Positions 33,275-44,155 of a stretch of 64,000 nt of DNA are shown here, piece by piece (within the stretch, counting starts at the first letter, position 1; the number at the start of each line of letters is the position of its first letter). Source of the DNA: Candidatus Eiseniibacteriota bacterium (GTDB taxonomy: Bacteria; Eisenbacteria; RBG-16-71-46). Below the pieces are notes generated by a model that was not told where the DNA came from, did not search any database, and saw only the letters and a list, made by a program, of their open reading frames with translations. The stretch spans positions 2,560,001-2,624,000 of the forward strand of contig OY970178.1 in assembly GCA_963707915.1 (NCBI GenBank), written 5' to 3'. A program made the position numbers and the translations under genes.

Positions 33275-34180
33275 CTATCGCCCTCCATGCAACGGGAACT
33301 CCGTGCGTGCGGCGCGCGAGATGCGCAGCTCGTCGATGCCCCCGTCGAACGCGTACCAGGGCGCCTCGTCGGCCGTCGGGCCCTGGCGCAGGTCGCCGCC
33401 GAAATCGGTGAGGAAGCGGGTGTCGAAGAAGTTGCCCACCAACAGCGGGGCCTGGCTTGCGCGGATGCGTCCCAGGGTCGCGAAGGTGCCGTCGGGCTGG
33501 CCGTTCACGTAGAAGCTCACGACCTGGCCGTCGAACGTGACGGCGACATGGGTCCAGCGCTGCAACTCGATCGCGCTCTGCGAGATGAACGCGCGGGGCG
33601 CGCCCGCGTCCTCGGGCTGGAAGACGAACAGGAGCCGGCCGGCCGGAGCCCCCTGGACGAAGTCCCGATGCCACCCGGGGCCGGGGCCGGCACCGAGCTC
33701 GTTGGGCAGCAGGCGGTCGGGCAGGTCGTTGCCGACGATGGAGAACAGCCAACTGTGCTCGGCGGTGCTCGGCGACCAGCGGGCGGCGATGGGGGAATCC
33801 TCGTACGGCGAGTAGCTGTTCGGGGCGACCCACGCCTCGACGCTGAGCGCCGGATCCGCGTCGAGCGCCGGGCTGTACGGTACGAAGAGGAACGAATTGG
33901 CCGAGCGGGTGAAGAGCCGCGCGCCCCGGAAGCGGCCGAAGATGGTACGCGTGTCCGGGCCGGCGACGGCGTCGAGCCGCGACCTGCCGGCATCGGCCGC
34001 GTGGGTGCCGCCGGTCTCGTCCATGCGCCACAGCGCCACGGTGACCGAGTCCGCGGGGGTGCCGGCCGTGTCGGCGGTGACGTCGGACCGCTTCACGTTC
34101 TTGGCGCACGCGGCGAGCGCGAGCAGCGCGACGGCGGCCGCGAGCACCCGAGCCGCGCGACGGCGCCGGGCCGGGCTCAC
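33275..34180 (-). CDS. LamG/ConA-like jellyroll lipoprotein
   Basis: Lipobox LAAC; LWRMDE, WTHVAVTFDG..FYVNG, FDGGIDELRIS. Confidence 0.85.
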   Translation of the reverse strand: MSPARRRRAARVLAAAVALLALAACAKNVKRSDVTADTAGTPADSVTVALWRMDETGGTHAADAGRSRLDAVAGPDTRTIFGRFRGARLFTRSANSFLFVPYSPALDADPALSVEAWVAPNSYSPYEDSPIAARWSPSTAEHSWLFSIVGNDLPDRLLPNELGAGPGPGWHRDFVQGAPAGRLLFVFQPEDAGAPRAFISQSAIELQRWTHVAVTFDGQVVSFYVNGQPDGTFATLGRIRASQAPLLVGNFFDTRFLTDFGGDLRQGPTADEAPWYAFDGGIDELRISRAARTEFPLHGGR

Positions 34181-36312
34181 CTTCCGCTCCCGGCCTGCGC
34201 CAGGACCGCGCGCGCCCGGGCCTCGGTCTCGCGGTCGCCGAGCGCCTGGAACAACTGGATCATGGCGCGCAGCGTATCAGAGTCGCGCGTCATCGCCACC
34301 ACCGGTCGCCACGCGGCTGCGGCCTCCTGCGGCCGTCGCGCGAACAGCAGCGCCCAGCCGTGCCCGATCCGGGCGTCCACGTTCGAGGGCTCGAGCGCCT
34401 CGGCCCGCTCGAAGGCCGCCGCGCCCGCCGCGAAGTCGCCGAGCCGCACGCAGACCTTGCCGATCGCGAGCTGCAGCGACGCGTCCCGGGGCCGGCGCGA
34501 TGCCGCACGCTGGTAGGCGTCGCGGGCCTCGTCCAGCCGGCCGCGCGCCAGCTCGACGCTCCCCAGCGAGCGCAGGGCCATCGGTTCCGAGGGGTCCACC
34601 GCGAGCTGCCCGCGCGCCGAGTGCAGGGCCGACAGCGTGTCGTTCGCGGCCCACGCCGGCGCCTGGCCGAAGGCCGGGCCGATCTCGTAGAGCACGGCCG
34701 GGTGCGGGGCGGTGACGCGGCGCGGCGTGAGGCCCGGGACCACCGCGGTGGTGTCGAGCAGGAACCAGAACTCCGGGCGGGTCTGCCCCTCGGGCCACGA
34801 GAAGTAGAGCCAGCGCGCGCCCCGGGCGCGGGCGTAGGCCGCCAACTCGGGCAGGGTGCCGACGAACGGGAAGGGCACGGGCTCGACCCCGGCGTGGAAG
34901 GCGACGTGGGCCTTGCGCGCGATGACCCGGTCGCCCGGCCGCGCGAGCGAGCGCAGCGTGCGCGCGGCGTCCAGCGCCTCCACGGGCAGCTGGTCGAGCA
35001 CCCGCGCCTGCGACCGGACCGTGGCGACGAGGGCGAAGGCCAGCGGCAGCAGGGCGAGCGCGGGCTTGAGCCAGGGGCGGGGCCCGCGCCGGAGGACCAG
35101 CGCGAAGCGCGGCGAGGCGAAGAACAGGGCGGCGGCGGCGGCGTAGTACGGCAGCAGGGCGAGCGAGTAGCGCTCGGAGTAGAAGGCCGGCACGAGCGCG
35201 AGGAAGAGCAGGGCCCAGGCCGGCGCGAGCGGCCAGAGGCGCCGCAGCGCCCCGTCCGCCAGGCCCAGCCCGAGGCCGAGCACGGCGCAGAGCGCGAGCG
35301 GCCAGCCCAGCAGGCGCACCGCGTCCTGGCGCAGGTGGTCGTGGACGTTGAAGAACATCCGGCCCGCGACCGCGGCGGGGTCCCGCGCGATCACGTCGGC
35401 CAGGCCGTGGAACTGCGGCTGCAGCGTGCGCTGGTAGGTGTCCCAGGGGATGCCCTTCGCGCGCGCGAAGACCTCGTAGGCGATGTTGTGGTGGAGCTGG
35501 AACGACACGCCCGTGCCCCGGGCGAACGAGTAGATCACCCAGGGGAGGACCGGCAGCAGGAAGCCCGCGGCGAACAGCAACGCCGCGGGCCCGGGCCTGC
35601 GCTGCAGCGTGCCTCCCGCCGCGATGGCGACCAGCCCGGCCGGCAGGAGCACGCCGGCGTTGTAGCGCGTCAGGAAGGCGAGCGCGGCCAGCGCGCCGGC
35701 CCCGGCGGCGGCGCGAAGCCCGGGGCGGGCGAGCAGCAGGTAGAGCGTGCCGGCCTGCAGGGCCAGGGCGAGCGCGTCGGTCGTGACGGAGTAGCCGTAG
35801 CGGAAGAACGTGGCGTTGGTGGCCATGAAGAGCGCCGCGCCCAGGGCGACGCGCGCGTCGGCGCGCCGGCGCAACAACGCCGACCACAGGAGCAGGGCGA
35901 GGCAGCCCGAGGCCAGCGAGAGCAGGCCCGCCGCGAGGAAGAGGTCCCGCACGACGAGCCCGGCCAGCGCGAGCGCGACCTCGTAGCCCGGGCCCACCAC
36001 GCCGTAGCGAGCGGGGTCGAGGTGGCCGCCCAGCACCCGGCGCGCGCCCTCGGCGTACTGACCGTAGAAGTCGGTCTCGGTCATGTAGTCGCCGACCCGG
36101 TGTGGACCCAGCACCATGGCGAGGAGCGCCGCCCCGAGCAGCGTGACGACGAGCAGCGTCAGGCGCCACAGCAGGCGCTCCGTCCCGGGCGCGAGACCCG
36201 GTTCCGCGTGGAGCGCGACCGGTCCCCGACGCGCCGGCGCCCCCCGCGTGGCGCTCCCCGGGGTACGGGTGGGATGGGACCGGGACGGTCGGCTCGGGGG
36301 CGGGGCGGGCAT
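34177..36312 (-). CDS. GT-C (ArnT/PMT-like) membrane glycosyltransferase with C-terminal TPR repeats
   Basis: TETD, PGY, TTD, LAFLTRYN, ERY motifs in a polytopic domain; TPR-like C-terminus. Confidence 0.7.
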   Translation of the reverse strand: MPAPPPSRPSRSHPTRTPGSATRGAPARRGPVALHAEPGLAPGTERLLWRLTLLVVTLLGAALLAMVLGPHRVGDYMTETDFYGQYAEGARRVLGGHLDPARYGVVGPGYEVALALAGLVVRDLFLAAGLLSLASGCLALLLWSALLRRRADARVALGAALFMATNATFFRYGYSVTTDALALALQAGTLYLLLARPGLRAAAGAGALAALAFLTRYNAGVLLPAGLVAIAAGGTLQRRPGPAALLFAAGFLLPVLPWVIYSFARGTGVSFQLHHNIAYEVFARAKGIPWDTYQRTLQPQFHGLADVIARDPAAVAGRMFFNVHDHLRQDAVRLLGWPLALCAVLGLGLGLADGALRRLWPLAPAWALLFLALVPAFYSERYSLALLPYYAAAAALFFASPRFALVLRRGPRPWLKPALALLPLAFALVATVRSQARVLDQLPVEALDAARTLRSLARPGDRVIARKAHVAFHAGVEPVPFPFVGTLPELAAYARARGARWLYFSWPEGQTRPEFWFLLDTTAVVPGLTPRRVTAPHPAVLYEIGPAFGQAPAWAANDTLSALHSARGQLAVDPSEPMALRSLGSVELARGRLDEARDAYQRAASRRPRDASLQLAIGKVCVRLGDFAAGAAAFERAEALEPSNVDARIGHGWALLFARRPQEAAAAWRPVVAMTRDSDTLRAMIQLFQALGDRETEARARAVLAQAGSGR

Positions 36313-36447
36313 GGACGGGGAGTCTAGCCCGGAGGATTCACGAACCGCCAGCCGGCGACAGTGATGAAGGCGGCAGCTTGTGGCTGCCGCCTTCTGCCCA
36401 GGCGCTGGGATCCGCGCGTCCGGGGCGGGGGGGAACCCTACTTCGTC

Positions 36448-36777
36448 CTAGTGGCGCCGGCGACGCACGGCCGCGCCCAGCGCGAGCAACCCCATCGAAG
36501 CCAGCATCATGGTCCCGGGCTCGGGCACCGGGTTCGTCGCGCCACCCGGCGGCCGGGTCGAGGGAGGACGATGACCCGGGCGCGGGCAGTTGACGCCGCT
36601 GGTCGGCCCGAAGTCCGAGGACTCGGAGATGGAGTTGTTCAGGTCGTTGACATTCGGCGCCAGACTCGGAGTGGCGGACTGGGGCTGGGTCGACGGCAGA
36701 CGACTCGGCTGCACGTAGGCCGACGCGGCGCTCGCGATCAGCATCAGCGCTGCAAGTGCCAGAACGATACGCTTCAT
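36448..36777 (-). CDS. Small PEP-CTERM exosortase-target protein
   Basis: AGGAGG RBS, signal peptide, Ser/Thr/Pro-rich core, C-terminal VPEPGT + TM + RRRRH. Confidence 0.92.
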   Translation of the reverse strand: MKRIVLALAALMLIASAASAYVQPSRLPSTQPQSATPSLAPNVNDLNNSISESSDFGPTSGVNCPRPGHRPPSTRPPGGATNPVPEPGTMMLASMGLLALGAAVRRRRH

Positions 36778-36833
36778 ATAGGGGCCTCCTAGGGCTTGGG
36801 AGTCTGAATCAGCCTCTCGTCAGCCAAGGAGTG

Positions 36834-36848
36834 GCAAGGTCCGTACCG
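36834..36848 (-). promoter_or_regulatory. Putative sigma-54 promoter of the PEP-CTERM gene
   Basis: Minus strand CGGTACGGACCTTGC (GG-N10-GC). Confidence 0.6.
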
Positions 36849-36933
36849 CGCCACGAGTCAGCCATCAAACCGTTGCCGGGTATCCGATTGCCACGGTTGG
36901 GCCTTCTCGCCCTCGGGCCCGGCCTGGGGGAAT

Positions 36934-36950
36934 TGTCGCAATATCCGACA
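36934..36950. promoter_or_regulatory. Putative enhancer (UAS) for a sigma-54 activator
   Basis: TGTCGCAATATCCGACA: TGT-N11-ACA dyad with an AT-rich centre, about 85 bp upstream of the -24 element. Confidence 0.55.
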
Positions 36951-36988
36951 CCCGGGGGTGGCCTGTGGCCCAGGGGCCCCCCGGCGGG

Positions 36989-37267
36989 TCAGGCCTGCGG
37001 GACTTCCCGCACCAGCTCCCGCGCGGCCTCCTTGCTCATGGAGCCCCGGGGCAACTCGAGGATCTCGAACGTGCGGGAGCGAGACGGGCCCTCCGCCGCG
37101 TCGCGCGCGCCGCCGCGCGTCAGGGTCAGGCGGTCGCCCGGGTGCGCTTCGCGGCTCGGCTTGGCCGGCGAGCCGTTGAGCAGCGCGTGGCCGTGCTGGA
37201 TGGCCGCGCTGGCCTGGGAGCGGCTCTTGAAGAGCCGCAATTCGAAGAGCAGCACGTCCAGTCGCAT
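36989..37267 (-). CDS. S4-domain RNA-binding protein (Hsp15-like)
   Basis: MRLD..L...RLFKSRSQA...I..G...LNG...KPS...HPGD. Confidence 0.88.
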   Translation of the reverse strand: MRLDVLLFELRLFKSRSQASAAIQHGHALLNGSPAKPSREAHPGDRLTLTRGGARDAAEGPSRSRTFEILELPRGSMSKEAARELVREVPQA

Positions 37268-37325
37268 GTTCAGCCCTCCCGCCGGCCGCGGGGCCCGGTC
37301 CGGCGCCGGTGGCCGCGCCCGGGCC

Positions 37326-38033
37326 TCACGCCGCGCCGCCGAGCCACTTCGCCAGCGCGAAGGCCGCGGCCGCGGCGAGCCCGCCGACCAGCAGGGTCTG
37401 CAGCCCGCTCTGCCAGGGCCGCGCCCCGGTGAAGCGCCCCTTCACGTAGCCGAAGACGAGCAGCGCCGCGAGCGTCACCGCGGCGGAGAGGCCCAGCGCC
37501 CGGCCGACGTCGTGGGTGACGAGCATGTAGGGCAGGAGCGGGATGAGTCCGCCCGCGATGTAGGAGCCGGCGATGGTGAGGGCGCTGCGGAGCGCGCGCC
37601 CGGGTTGCGGAGTCTCGAGCCCCAGCTCGAAGCGCATCATGAAGTCCACCCACGCCCTGGGCCGCGCCTCGAAGGCGCGCAACACCGGGGCGATCTCCTC
37701 TTCGCCCAGCCCGTACTCGCGGAACACGTCCGCCACCTCCTCGCGCTCGGTCTCCGCCAGCTCGACGATCTCCCGCTCCTCGCGCCGGCGCTCGCTCGCG
37801 TAGTGGTCCGCGTCGCTGCGCGCCGCCAGGTACCCTCCCAGGCCCATGGCGATGGATCCCGCCGCGATCTCGGCCAGGCCGGCGGTGACGATGATGCGGG
37901 TCGCGGAGATGGCGCCGGTGAGCCCCGCCGCCAGGGCGAAGGGGACCGTGAGGCCGTCGGACATTCCGATCACGATGTCGCGCACGCTCTCGCCGGCGGT
38001 GAAATGCTGCTCGATGTGCGGGGTCTGGGGCAC
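37326..38033 (-). CDS. VIT1/CCC1 iron/manganese transporter
   Basis: RDIVIGMSDGLTVPFAL, AGSIAMGLGGYL, FMMRFELG. Confidence 0.92.
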   Translation of the reverse strand: MPQTPHIEQHFTAGESVRDIVIGMSDGLTVPFALAAGLTGAISATRIIVTAGLAEIAAGSIAMGLGGYLAARSDADHYASERRREEREIVELAETEREEVADVFREYGLGEEEIAPVLRAFEARPRAWVDFMMRFELGLETPQPGRALRSALTIAGSYIAGGLIPLLPYMLVTHDVGRALGLSAAVTLAALLVFGYVKGRFTGARPWQSGLQTLLVGGLAAAAAFALAKWLGGAA

Positions 38034-38097
38034 GGGGACTCCTCTCGAAGGCGGTGCGCCGGGAGCGGCGTGCCGGGCCCGGGCGCGCCCGCCCGGG

Positions 38098-39240
38098 TCA
38101 GGGCAGGAAGTAGAAAGCCATCCCGAGGATGACGTAGACGGCGACGAGCAGCGCGCCCTCGAGCCAGTTGGACTCGCCGTCCTGCGCCACCAGGCCGACC
38201 GCCGCCACGGCGACGGCGACCGAGACCACCTCGAAGGGCGTGAAACGCAGGTCCATCGGCGCCCGCCCGAGGAAGTACGACACGAAGACCAGCAGCGGCG
38301 CGACGAAGAGCGCGATCTGGATGCTCGAGCCGATGGCGATGTGGAGGGCGAGGTCCATCTGGTTGCGCACCGCCATCATCACCGCGGTCGAGTGCTCGGC
38401 GGCATTGCCGATGGTGGCGACCACGACGACGCCCACGAACACCGGCGTCAGCCCCAGCGTGTGCGAGGCCTCCTCCACCGCGCCGACGAGCAACTCGCTC
38501 ATCCAGGCCACCAGCAGCGTGGCGGCGAGCAGCAGCAGCGCCGGTCGCCACGCCGACTCGCCGGCCCGGGCGGCGTCGACGCCGCGCCCGCCGGCGACCG
38601 GCTCGCCGGCGTAGAGGTGGCGGTGCGTGCCGAGGCTGAAGACGAGGCTCAGCAGGTAGGCGGCGAACAGGACCACGGCGATCTCCAGCGAGAGGTCGCG
38701 CTCGCTCAGTGCCTCCTGCGTGGCGGTGAGCGCCGAACGCGCGACCGCGCCCGAGGCCACGACGTTGAAGAGCGCCGGCACGAGCAGGCCGATCGCCGCG
38801 AGGGCCAGCAGGGTCGAGCCCATCGAGGCGGCCGCGCGGTCGAAGGTCTGCCGTCGCCGCCGCAGGCCGCCGGCGAACAGGGCGACCCCCAGCACGAGCA
38901 GGCTGTTGCCGAGGATCGAGCCGGTGAGGCTCGCCTTCACGACGTCGTCGAGCCCGCGCCGCAGCGCGGCCAGCGCGATGACCAGCTCGGCCGCGTTGCC
39001 GAAGGTGGCGTTCAGCAGTCCGCCCACGCCGGCGCCGAAGCGGCGCGCGAGCGCCTCGGTGGCCTCGCCCATCGCGCCGGCCAGCGGCACGATGGCGACG
39101 GCGGCGCAGGCGAAGACGGCGACGCCGCCCCAGTGGAGCTGGTGCGCGACCGCCGCGAGCGGCACGAAGAACAGCAGCCCGCGGAGCAGGGCACCGGGTG
39201 CGGCGGAGCGGCGGTCGAGGGTGGTGCGCGGTCCGGTCAT
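38098..39240 (-). CDS. Ca2+/H+ exchanger (CAX family)
   Basis: [45 protein letters not shown]. Confidence 0.93.
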   Translation of the reverse strand: MTGPRTTLDRRSAAPGALLRGLLFFVPLAAVAHQLHWGGVAVFACAAVAIVPLAGAMGEATEALARRFGAGVGGLLNATFGNAAELVIALAALRRGLDDVVKASLTGSILGNSLLVLGVALFAGGLRRRRQTFDRAAASMGSTLLALAAIGLLVPALFNVVASGAVARSALTATQEALSERDLSLEIAVVLFAAYLLSLVFSLGTHRHLYAGEPVAGGRGVDAARAGESAWRPALLLLAATLLVAWMSELLVGAVEEASHTLGLTPVFVGVVVVATIGNAAEHSTAVMMAVRNQMDLALHIAIGSSIQIALFVAPLLVFVSYFLGRAPMDLRFTPFEVVSVAVAVAAVGLVAQDGESNWLEGALLVAVYVILGMAFYFLP

Positions 39241-39402
39241 GTGCCGGGACTCTGCCCGAGCGCGCCCCGTCGCTCAAGTGCGAGGGGCGTCCCGGCCACC
39301 GGGCGTCGGCGCGGGCTTGGTGCGCGGACGTCTCCGCGGGTAGTGTCGGCCCGCGCGCCCGGCGGGGCCGAATGGCGGTCGGGCGCGCGGCGGGGAGGGT
39401 CC

Positions 39403-40662
39403 GTGGACGAGCAACCGGCGCCGCGAACGGCGGGTTCCGAGGTGGTGGGCGTGGTGGGGGCGGTCCTGCTCCTGGCCGCGCTGCTCTCGATCGAGATCGC
39501 CGCGCCCTGGGTCTACATCCACGACGACAACGGCGCCTGGACCCAGACGGTCGCGACCGCCCACCTGCGGGCGGGTCTCCAGCGCACCCGTGGCCAGGAC
39601 TTCTTCATGCGACGCGCGGACGGCAGCCTCGAGCCCTACCTGCACCATCCGCCGCTCTACCCGTTGCTGGAGGCGGCCACCTACCGCGTCACCGGGTCTT
39701 CCACGCCCCTGACCACGCGGGCGGTGCCCGCGCTGTTCCACCTGCTGGGCCTCGTCGGCGTCTTCGCCCTCGCGCGGCGGGTCTTCCCGGCCCGGCCCGG
39801 CGTGCGGCTGCTGGCGCTCTACCTCTACGCGGTCGTGCCGATGAGCGCGTTCTTCGGCAAGCTCGCCTTCAACGAGCCGGTCGGCCTCGCCCTGGCGGTG
39901 TGGGCGCTGGTGGTCACGCTGCGCTTCCGCGCGACCGGCGGCGCCGGGGCGCTGCTCGCAGCCGTCGGCCTGTGGCTGCTCGCGCTGGCCGCGAGCTGGA
40001 CATGCGCGGCGCTGCTCTTCGCCTTCTGGCTGCTGCAGGTCCGGGACTGGCGGTGCGGCGGGCGCGGGGCCGGCCTGGCGACGGTGGCGCTCGGCGCGAC
40101 CGGGCTCGTGGGGGTCGGCCTGCTGCTCGGGCAGCTCGCGTGGGCGGGGGGCGGCGGCCTGGACGGGCTCCTCCGGGCGGGCGGCGCCTGGGGGATCTCG
40201 GGTCGCAACGCACCCGGCTGGCTGGGCTCGCTGGGGGTCGCGTTCGACTTCCACCGCCTCTACTTCGCCAACCTGCCGTTCCTCCTCTACCTGGGCTGGC
40301 TGGCGGCCCGCGCGCGCGCGCTGGGGCGCGGGCGGCCGCTCGGCGACGCGGACCGCGTGCTGCTGGCCGGCTCGGCCGGCGCCGCGCTCTGGGCGGTGGC
40401 GTTCGTGCACCAGGTCGCGATGCACGGCTACGGGCAGTTCTGGTTCCTGCCCTTCGAGACGCTCGCGGCGGCCGACGCCGCGGCCGCGGGCTGGCGGGGC
40501 CTGGCCGCCCGCCCGCGCCTGCGCATGGCGCTGGCCGTGCTGGCCGTGGCGGGGACCGTCACTTCGAGCGCGGTGACCCTCCACTACCGCTACACGCACC
40601 GGGGCGCCTACGCGATGCAGACCGCCCGCGAATACGAGGCGCGCTACTTCACGCATCCCTGA
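39403..40662 (+). CDS. GT-C (glycosyltransferase family 39-like) membrane protein
   Basis: GTG start after GGGGAGGG; HDD, YLHHPPLY, FNEP; polytopic. Confidence 0.7.
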   Translation: MDEQPAPRTAGSEVVGVVGAVLLLAALLSIEIAAPWVYIHDDNGAWTQTVATAHLRAGLQRTRGQDFFMRRADGSLEPYLHHPPLYPLLEAATYRVTGSSTPLTTRAVPALFHLLGLVGVFALARRVFPARPGVRLLALYLYAVVPMSAFFGKLAFNEPVGLALAVWALVVTLRFRATGGAGALLAAVGLWLLALAASWTCAALLFAFWLLQVRDWRCGGRGAGLATVALGATGLVGVGLLLGQLAWAGGGGLDGLLRAGGAWGISGRNAPGWLGSLGVAFDFHRLYFANLPFLLYLGWLAARARALGRGRPLGDADRVLLAGSAGAALWAVAFVHQVAMHGYGQFWFLPFETLAAADAAAAGWRGLAARPRLRMALAVLAVAGTVTSSAVTLHYRYTHRGAYAMQTAREYEARYFTHP

Positions 40663-40752
40663 GTCCGTGGCCCGGGTCCGGACCGGACGCACGACGGGCG
40701 GGGTCTCGCGACCCCGCCCGTGTGCTCGATCCCTGCTATCGCGAGCGAAGGA

Positions 40753-43700
40753 TCAGGAACAGCCCAGGGACGTCCCGCAATTGAGGCACTTGTAGCAGGT
40801 GCCGTTGCGGATGGTGATGTGACCGCAGTTGTCGCAGAGCGGCGCGTCGCCGGCGAACTTGCCGAGCTGGGCATCGGGCCCGCCCTCGCCGGCGTAGGGT
40901 TCCGCGCGCAGCCGGGTCGCGGGCGGCGCCGCGGCGCGCCCCTCGCCGCCGTCGCCGGCCATGCGATGTTCGCGCCCCACCGGGTGGCCGGTGGCGTGGT
41001 TCTTGGGCTGGCCCACCAGGCTCTCGTCCACGATGTGGGCGAGGTCGGTGCGCCCCAGGTACTCGATGCCGAGCACGCGGAACACGTAGTCCACGACGCT
41101 GGTGCAGGCGCGCAGGTTGTCGTGGCCGTCCACGCGGCCGTGCGGCTCGAAGCGCGTGAAGCAGAACTGGTCCACCAGGTCGTCGAGCGGCACGCCGTAC
41201 TGCAGGCCCATCGAGACCGAGATGGCGAAGCAGTTCATCATGCTGCGGAAGGCGGCGCCCTCCTTGTGCATGTCGATGAAGATCTCGCCGATCGTGCCGT
41301 CCTCGTACTCTCCGGTGCGCAGGAACACCTTGTGCCCGCCGATGCGCGCCTCCTGCGTGAACCCGTGGCGCCGCTTCGGCAGCCGCCGCCGCCGCAGCCT
41401 GGGCGGCGAGTCCTTCTCGGGTTCCTCGGTCTTGCGGCTCGTCGCCAGCGGCTGGCTCAGCTTGGAGCCGTCGCGGTAGAGCGCGACCGCCTTGAGGCCC
41501 GACTTCCAGGACTCGAAGTAGATCTTCTCGACGTCCTCGACGGTGGCCTCCGGGGGCAGGTTCACGGTCTTGCTGATGGCGCCGGAGATGAACGGCTGCA
41601 CCGCCGCCATCATGCGGACGTGCCCCATGGGCTCGATGAACCGCGTCCCGCGCGGGCCGCAGCGGTTGGCGCAATCGAAGACCGCCAGGTGCTCGGGGCG
41701 GAGGCCCGGCGCGCCCTCGACGGTGAGGTTGCCGCACACCACGGCGTTGGCCTCCTCGATCTGCGCGTCGGTGAAGCCGAGGTAGGGCAGCAGGCAGAAG
41801 CCCGGCTTCTCGCGCTCGGCCACGCTGACCCCGAGCCGGGTGAGCGCGGCGTCGCCGATCATGCTGCGCGAGAAGGCGAAGCGCAGGTGGAGCATCCCCG
41901 GCAGGGCCTCGTCGATGCGGCGGGTCTCCGCCTCGCGCAGGCCCTTGTGCATCAGCGCGTCGGGGTGGACGTGCGGGGCGCCCTCGAGCGTGTGGGTGCC
42001 GGTCGCCCAGCGCCCGATGCGCTCGATCTCGGCCGGCCCGTACCCCAGGCGGTGCAGTGCCTCGGGTACGGACTGGTTCACGATCTTGAAGTAGCCGCCG
42101 CCCGCCAGCTTCTTGAACTTGACCATCGCGAAATCGGGTTCGATGCCGGTCGTGTCGCAGTCCATCAGCAGCCCGATGGTGCCGGTGGGCGCGAGCACCG
42201 TGGCCTGCGCGTTGCGGAAGCCGTGGATGGTGCCGAGCGCGATGGCGCGGTTCCAGCACTCGATCGCGGCCTGGCGCAGGTCGCGCGCCGCGCGTCGCGG
42301 GTCGATGGATTGCGCGGCGTCGCGGTGCAGGCGCATGACCTCGAGCATGCCGTCGCGGTTCTCGTCGTAGCGGAGGAACGGCCCCCGGCTGGCCGCGATC
42401 TCGGCCGAGAGCGCGTAGGCCTCGCCGGTCATGGCCGCCGTGATGCAGGCCGCGTAGGCGCGGGCGTCGTCGCTGTCGTAGGGCAGCCCCTGGACCATGA
42501 GCAGCGTGCCGAGGTTGGCGTAGCCCAGCCCCAGCGGCCGGAACTCGTGCGAGCGGCGGGTGATCCGCTCGGTCGGATACGACGCGAGGTCCACCGCGAT
42601 CTCCTGCGCCAGGAAGAACAGGCGGCAGGCGTGCCGGTAGCCCTCCGTGTCGAAGGCGCCGTCCGGCCGCGCGAACTTCACCAGGTTCACCGACGCCAGG
42701 TTGCAGGAGGTGTCGTCCAGGAACATGTACTCGCTGCACGGGTTCGAAGCGTGGATCTTCTCGGTCGCCTTGCAGGTGTGCCACTTCTGGATGGTGTCGT
42801 CGAACTGCACGCCGGGGTCGGCGCACTGCCAGGCGGCGCCGGCGACCTCGCGCCACAGGTCGCGCGCGCGCATCGTCTCGTGCACCTCGCCGGTGGTGCG
42901 GAACGTGGTCTGCCAGGGCAGGTCGTCCACCACCGCCTGCATCAAGCGGTCGGGCAGACGCACCGAGTTGTTGGAGTTCTGTCCCGATACCGTGCCGTAG
43001 GCCTCGGCGTTGAAGTCGGACGAGTAGCCCGCGGCGACCAGCGCGGCGACCTTCTTCTCCTCGCGCATCTTCCACCGGACGAAGTCGAGGATCTCGGGGT
43101 GGTCGGCGTCGAGCACGACCATCTTGGCCGCGCGGCGGGTGGTGCCGCCCGACTTGGTCGCGCCCGCGCCCTTGTCGAGCACCTCGAGGAAGGACATCAG
43201 GCCCGACGAGGTGCCGCCGCCGGAGAGTCGCTCCATGCGGCCGCGCAGCCGGGAGAAGTTCGTTCCGGTGCCGGAGCCGTACTTGAAGACGCGCGCCTCG
43301 TTGCGGGCGAGCTCGAAGATGCTCATCAGGTCGTCGTCCACCGACTGGATGAAGCAGGCGGACACCTGCGGGTGCGAGTAGGAGTCGGTGGTGGTCAGGA
43401 TCGAATCGGTCTCGGCGTCCCAGTGGTGGCTGCCGCCCGAGCCGCGGATCCCGTATTCGTGCCACAGGCCGCAGTTGAACCACACCGGCGAGTTGAAGGC
43501 GCCGACCTGGTGCACCAGCATCCAGGCCAGCTCGGCCTCGAAGGCGTCGGCGTCGTCCGGGCCGGCGAAGTAACCGCCCTGCTGCTCGCCGCTGGTGCGC
43601 AGGGTGTGGGCGATGCGGTGCACGACCTGCCGCACGCTGGTCTCGTGCCCGGGCTTGCCGGGGAGCCCCGCCTTGCGGAAGTACTTGCTCACCACGATGT

Positions 43701-43932
43701 CGGTGGCCAGTTGCGACCACTCGGCCGGCACCTCGACGTCCTCCATCTGGAAGACGATCGAGCCGTCGGGGTTCGCGATGACGGTGCGCCGCTTCTCCCA
43801 CGCGATCTCGTCGAGCGGGTTCACGCCCGGACGGGTGAAACGCCGCGGCACGCGGAGGCCGGCATGGGTGGGTGGGGCGAGTGCGGCGGCAGAGGGCGCG
43901 GGGCGCGCGTCGCCGGTGAGCGACTGGATCAT
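40753..43932 (-). CDS. nrdJ: Class II adenosylcobalamin-dependent ribonucleotide reductase with C-terminal TSCPD/Zn-ribbon
   Basis: [62 protein letters not shown]-terminal CxxC..CxxC. Confidence 0.96.
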   Translation of the reverse strand: MIQSLTGDARPAPSAAALAPPTHAGLRVPRRFTRPGVNPLDEIAWEKRRTVIANPDGSIVFQMEDVEVPAEWSQLATDIVVSKYFRKAGLPGKPGHETSVRQVVHRIAHTLRTSGEQQGGYFAGPDDADAFEAELAWMLVHQVGAFNSPVWFNCGLWHEYGIRGSGGSHHWDAETDSILTTTDSYSHPQVSACFIQSVDDDLMSIFELARNEARVFKYGSGTGTNFSRLRGRMERLSGGGTSSGLMSFLEVLDKGAGATKSGGTTRRAAKMVVLDADHPEILDFVRWKMREEKKVAALVAAGYSSDFNAEAYGTVSGQNSNNSVRLPDRLMQAVVDDLPWQTTFRTTGEVHETMRARDLWREVAGAAWQCADPGVQFDDTIQKWHTCKATEKIHASNPCSEYMFLDDTSCNLASVNLVKFARPDGAFDTEGYRHACRLFFLAQEIAVDLASYPTERITRRSHEFRPLGLGYANLGTLLMVQGLPYDSDDARAYAACITAAMTGEAYALSAEIAASRGPFLRYDENRDGMLEVMRLHRDAAQSIDPRRAARDLRQAAIECWNRAIALGTIHGFRNAQATVLAPTGTIGLLMDCDTTGIEPDFAMVKFKKLAGGGYFKIVNQSVPEALHRLGYGPAEIERIGRWATGTHTLEGAPHVHPDALMHKGLREAETRRIDEALPGMLHLRFAFSRSMIGDAALTRLGVSVAEREKPGFCLLPYLGFTDAQIEEANAVVCGNLTVEGAPGLRPEHLAVFDCANRCGPRGTRFIEPMGHVRMMAAVQPFISGAISKTVNLPPEATVEDVEKIYFESWKSGLKAVALYRDGSKLSQPLATSRKTEEPEKDSPPRLRRRRLPKRRHGFTQEARIGGHKVFLRTGEYEDGTIGEIFIDMHKEGAAFRSMMNCFAISVSMGLQYGVPLDDLVDQFCFTRFEPHGRVDGHDNLRACTSVVDYVFRVLGIEYLGRTDLAHIVDESLVGQPKNHATGHPVGREHRMAGDGGEGRAAAPPATRLRAEPYAGEGGPDAQLGKFAGDAPLCDNCGHITIRNGTCYKCLNCGTSLGCS

Positions 43933-44146
43933 GGGACCTCCCTGGTCCTCCTCGCGCGAGGAACCCTTCCCGATGATCGGACCGTGGTGGCGCGGCGTCC
44001 GGATTGCGCGCGCCAGCGTGGCTCGACCCGCAGCGACTCCTGCTTCCCGTCCGCCCGAATCGGCGGCGGCGACCCGTCTCTTGCGTGGTTGGAAGGTTGC
44101 TCTCCGTTCGTCCGCGAGGAGTTCATCATGGCGAACGGTGGGATGG

Positions 44147-44155
44147 TTTATACCA
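44147..44155 (-). promoter_or_regulatory. Putative extended -10 promoter for nrdJ
   Basis: Minus strand TGGTATAAA about 215 nt upstream of the nrdJ start. Confidence 0.4.

Noticed and set aside
40753..43932. Possible intein or intron in nrdJ
   Set aside because: Motifs run continuously, with no C..HN splice junctions or LAGLIDADG blocks. The length is explained by the C-terminal TSCPD region.
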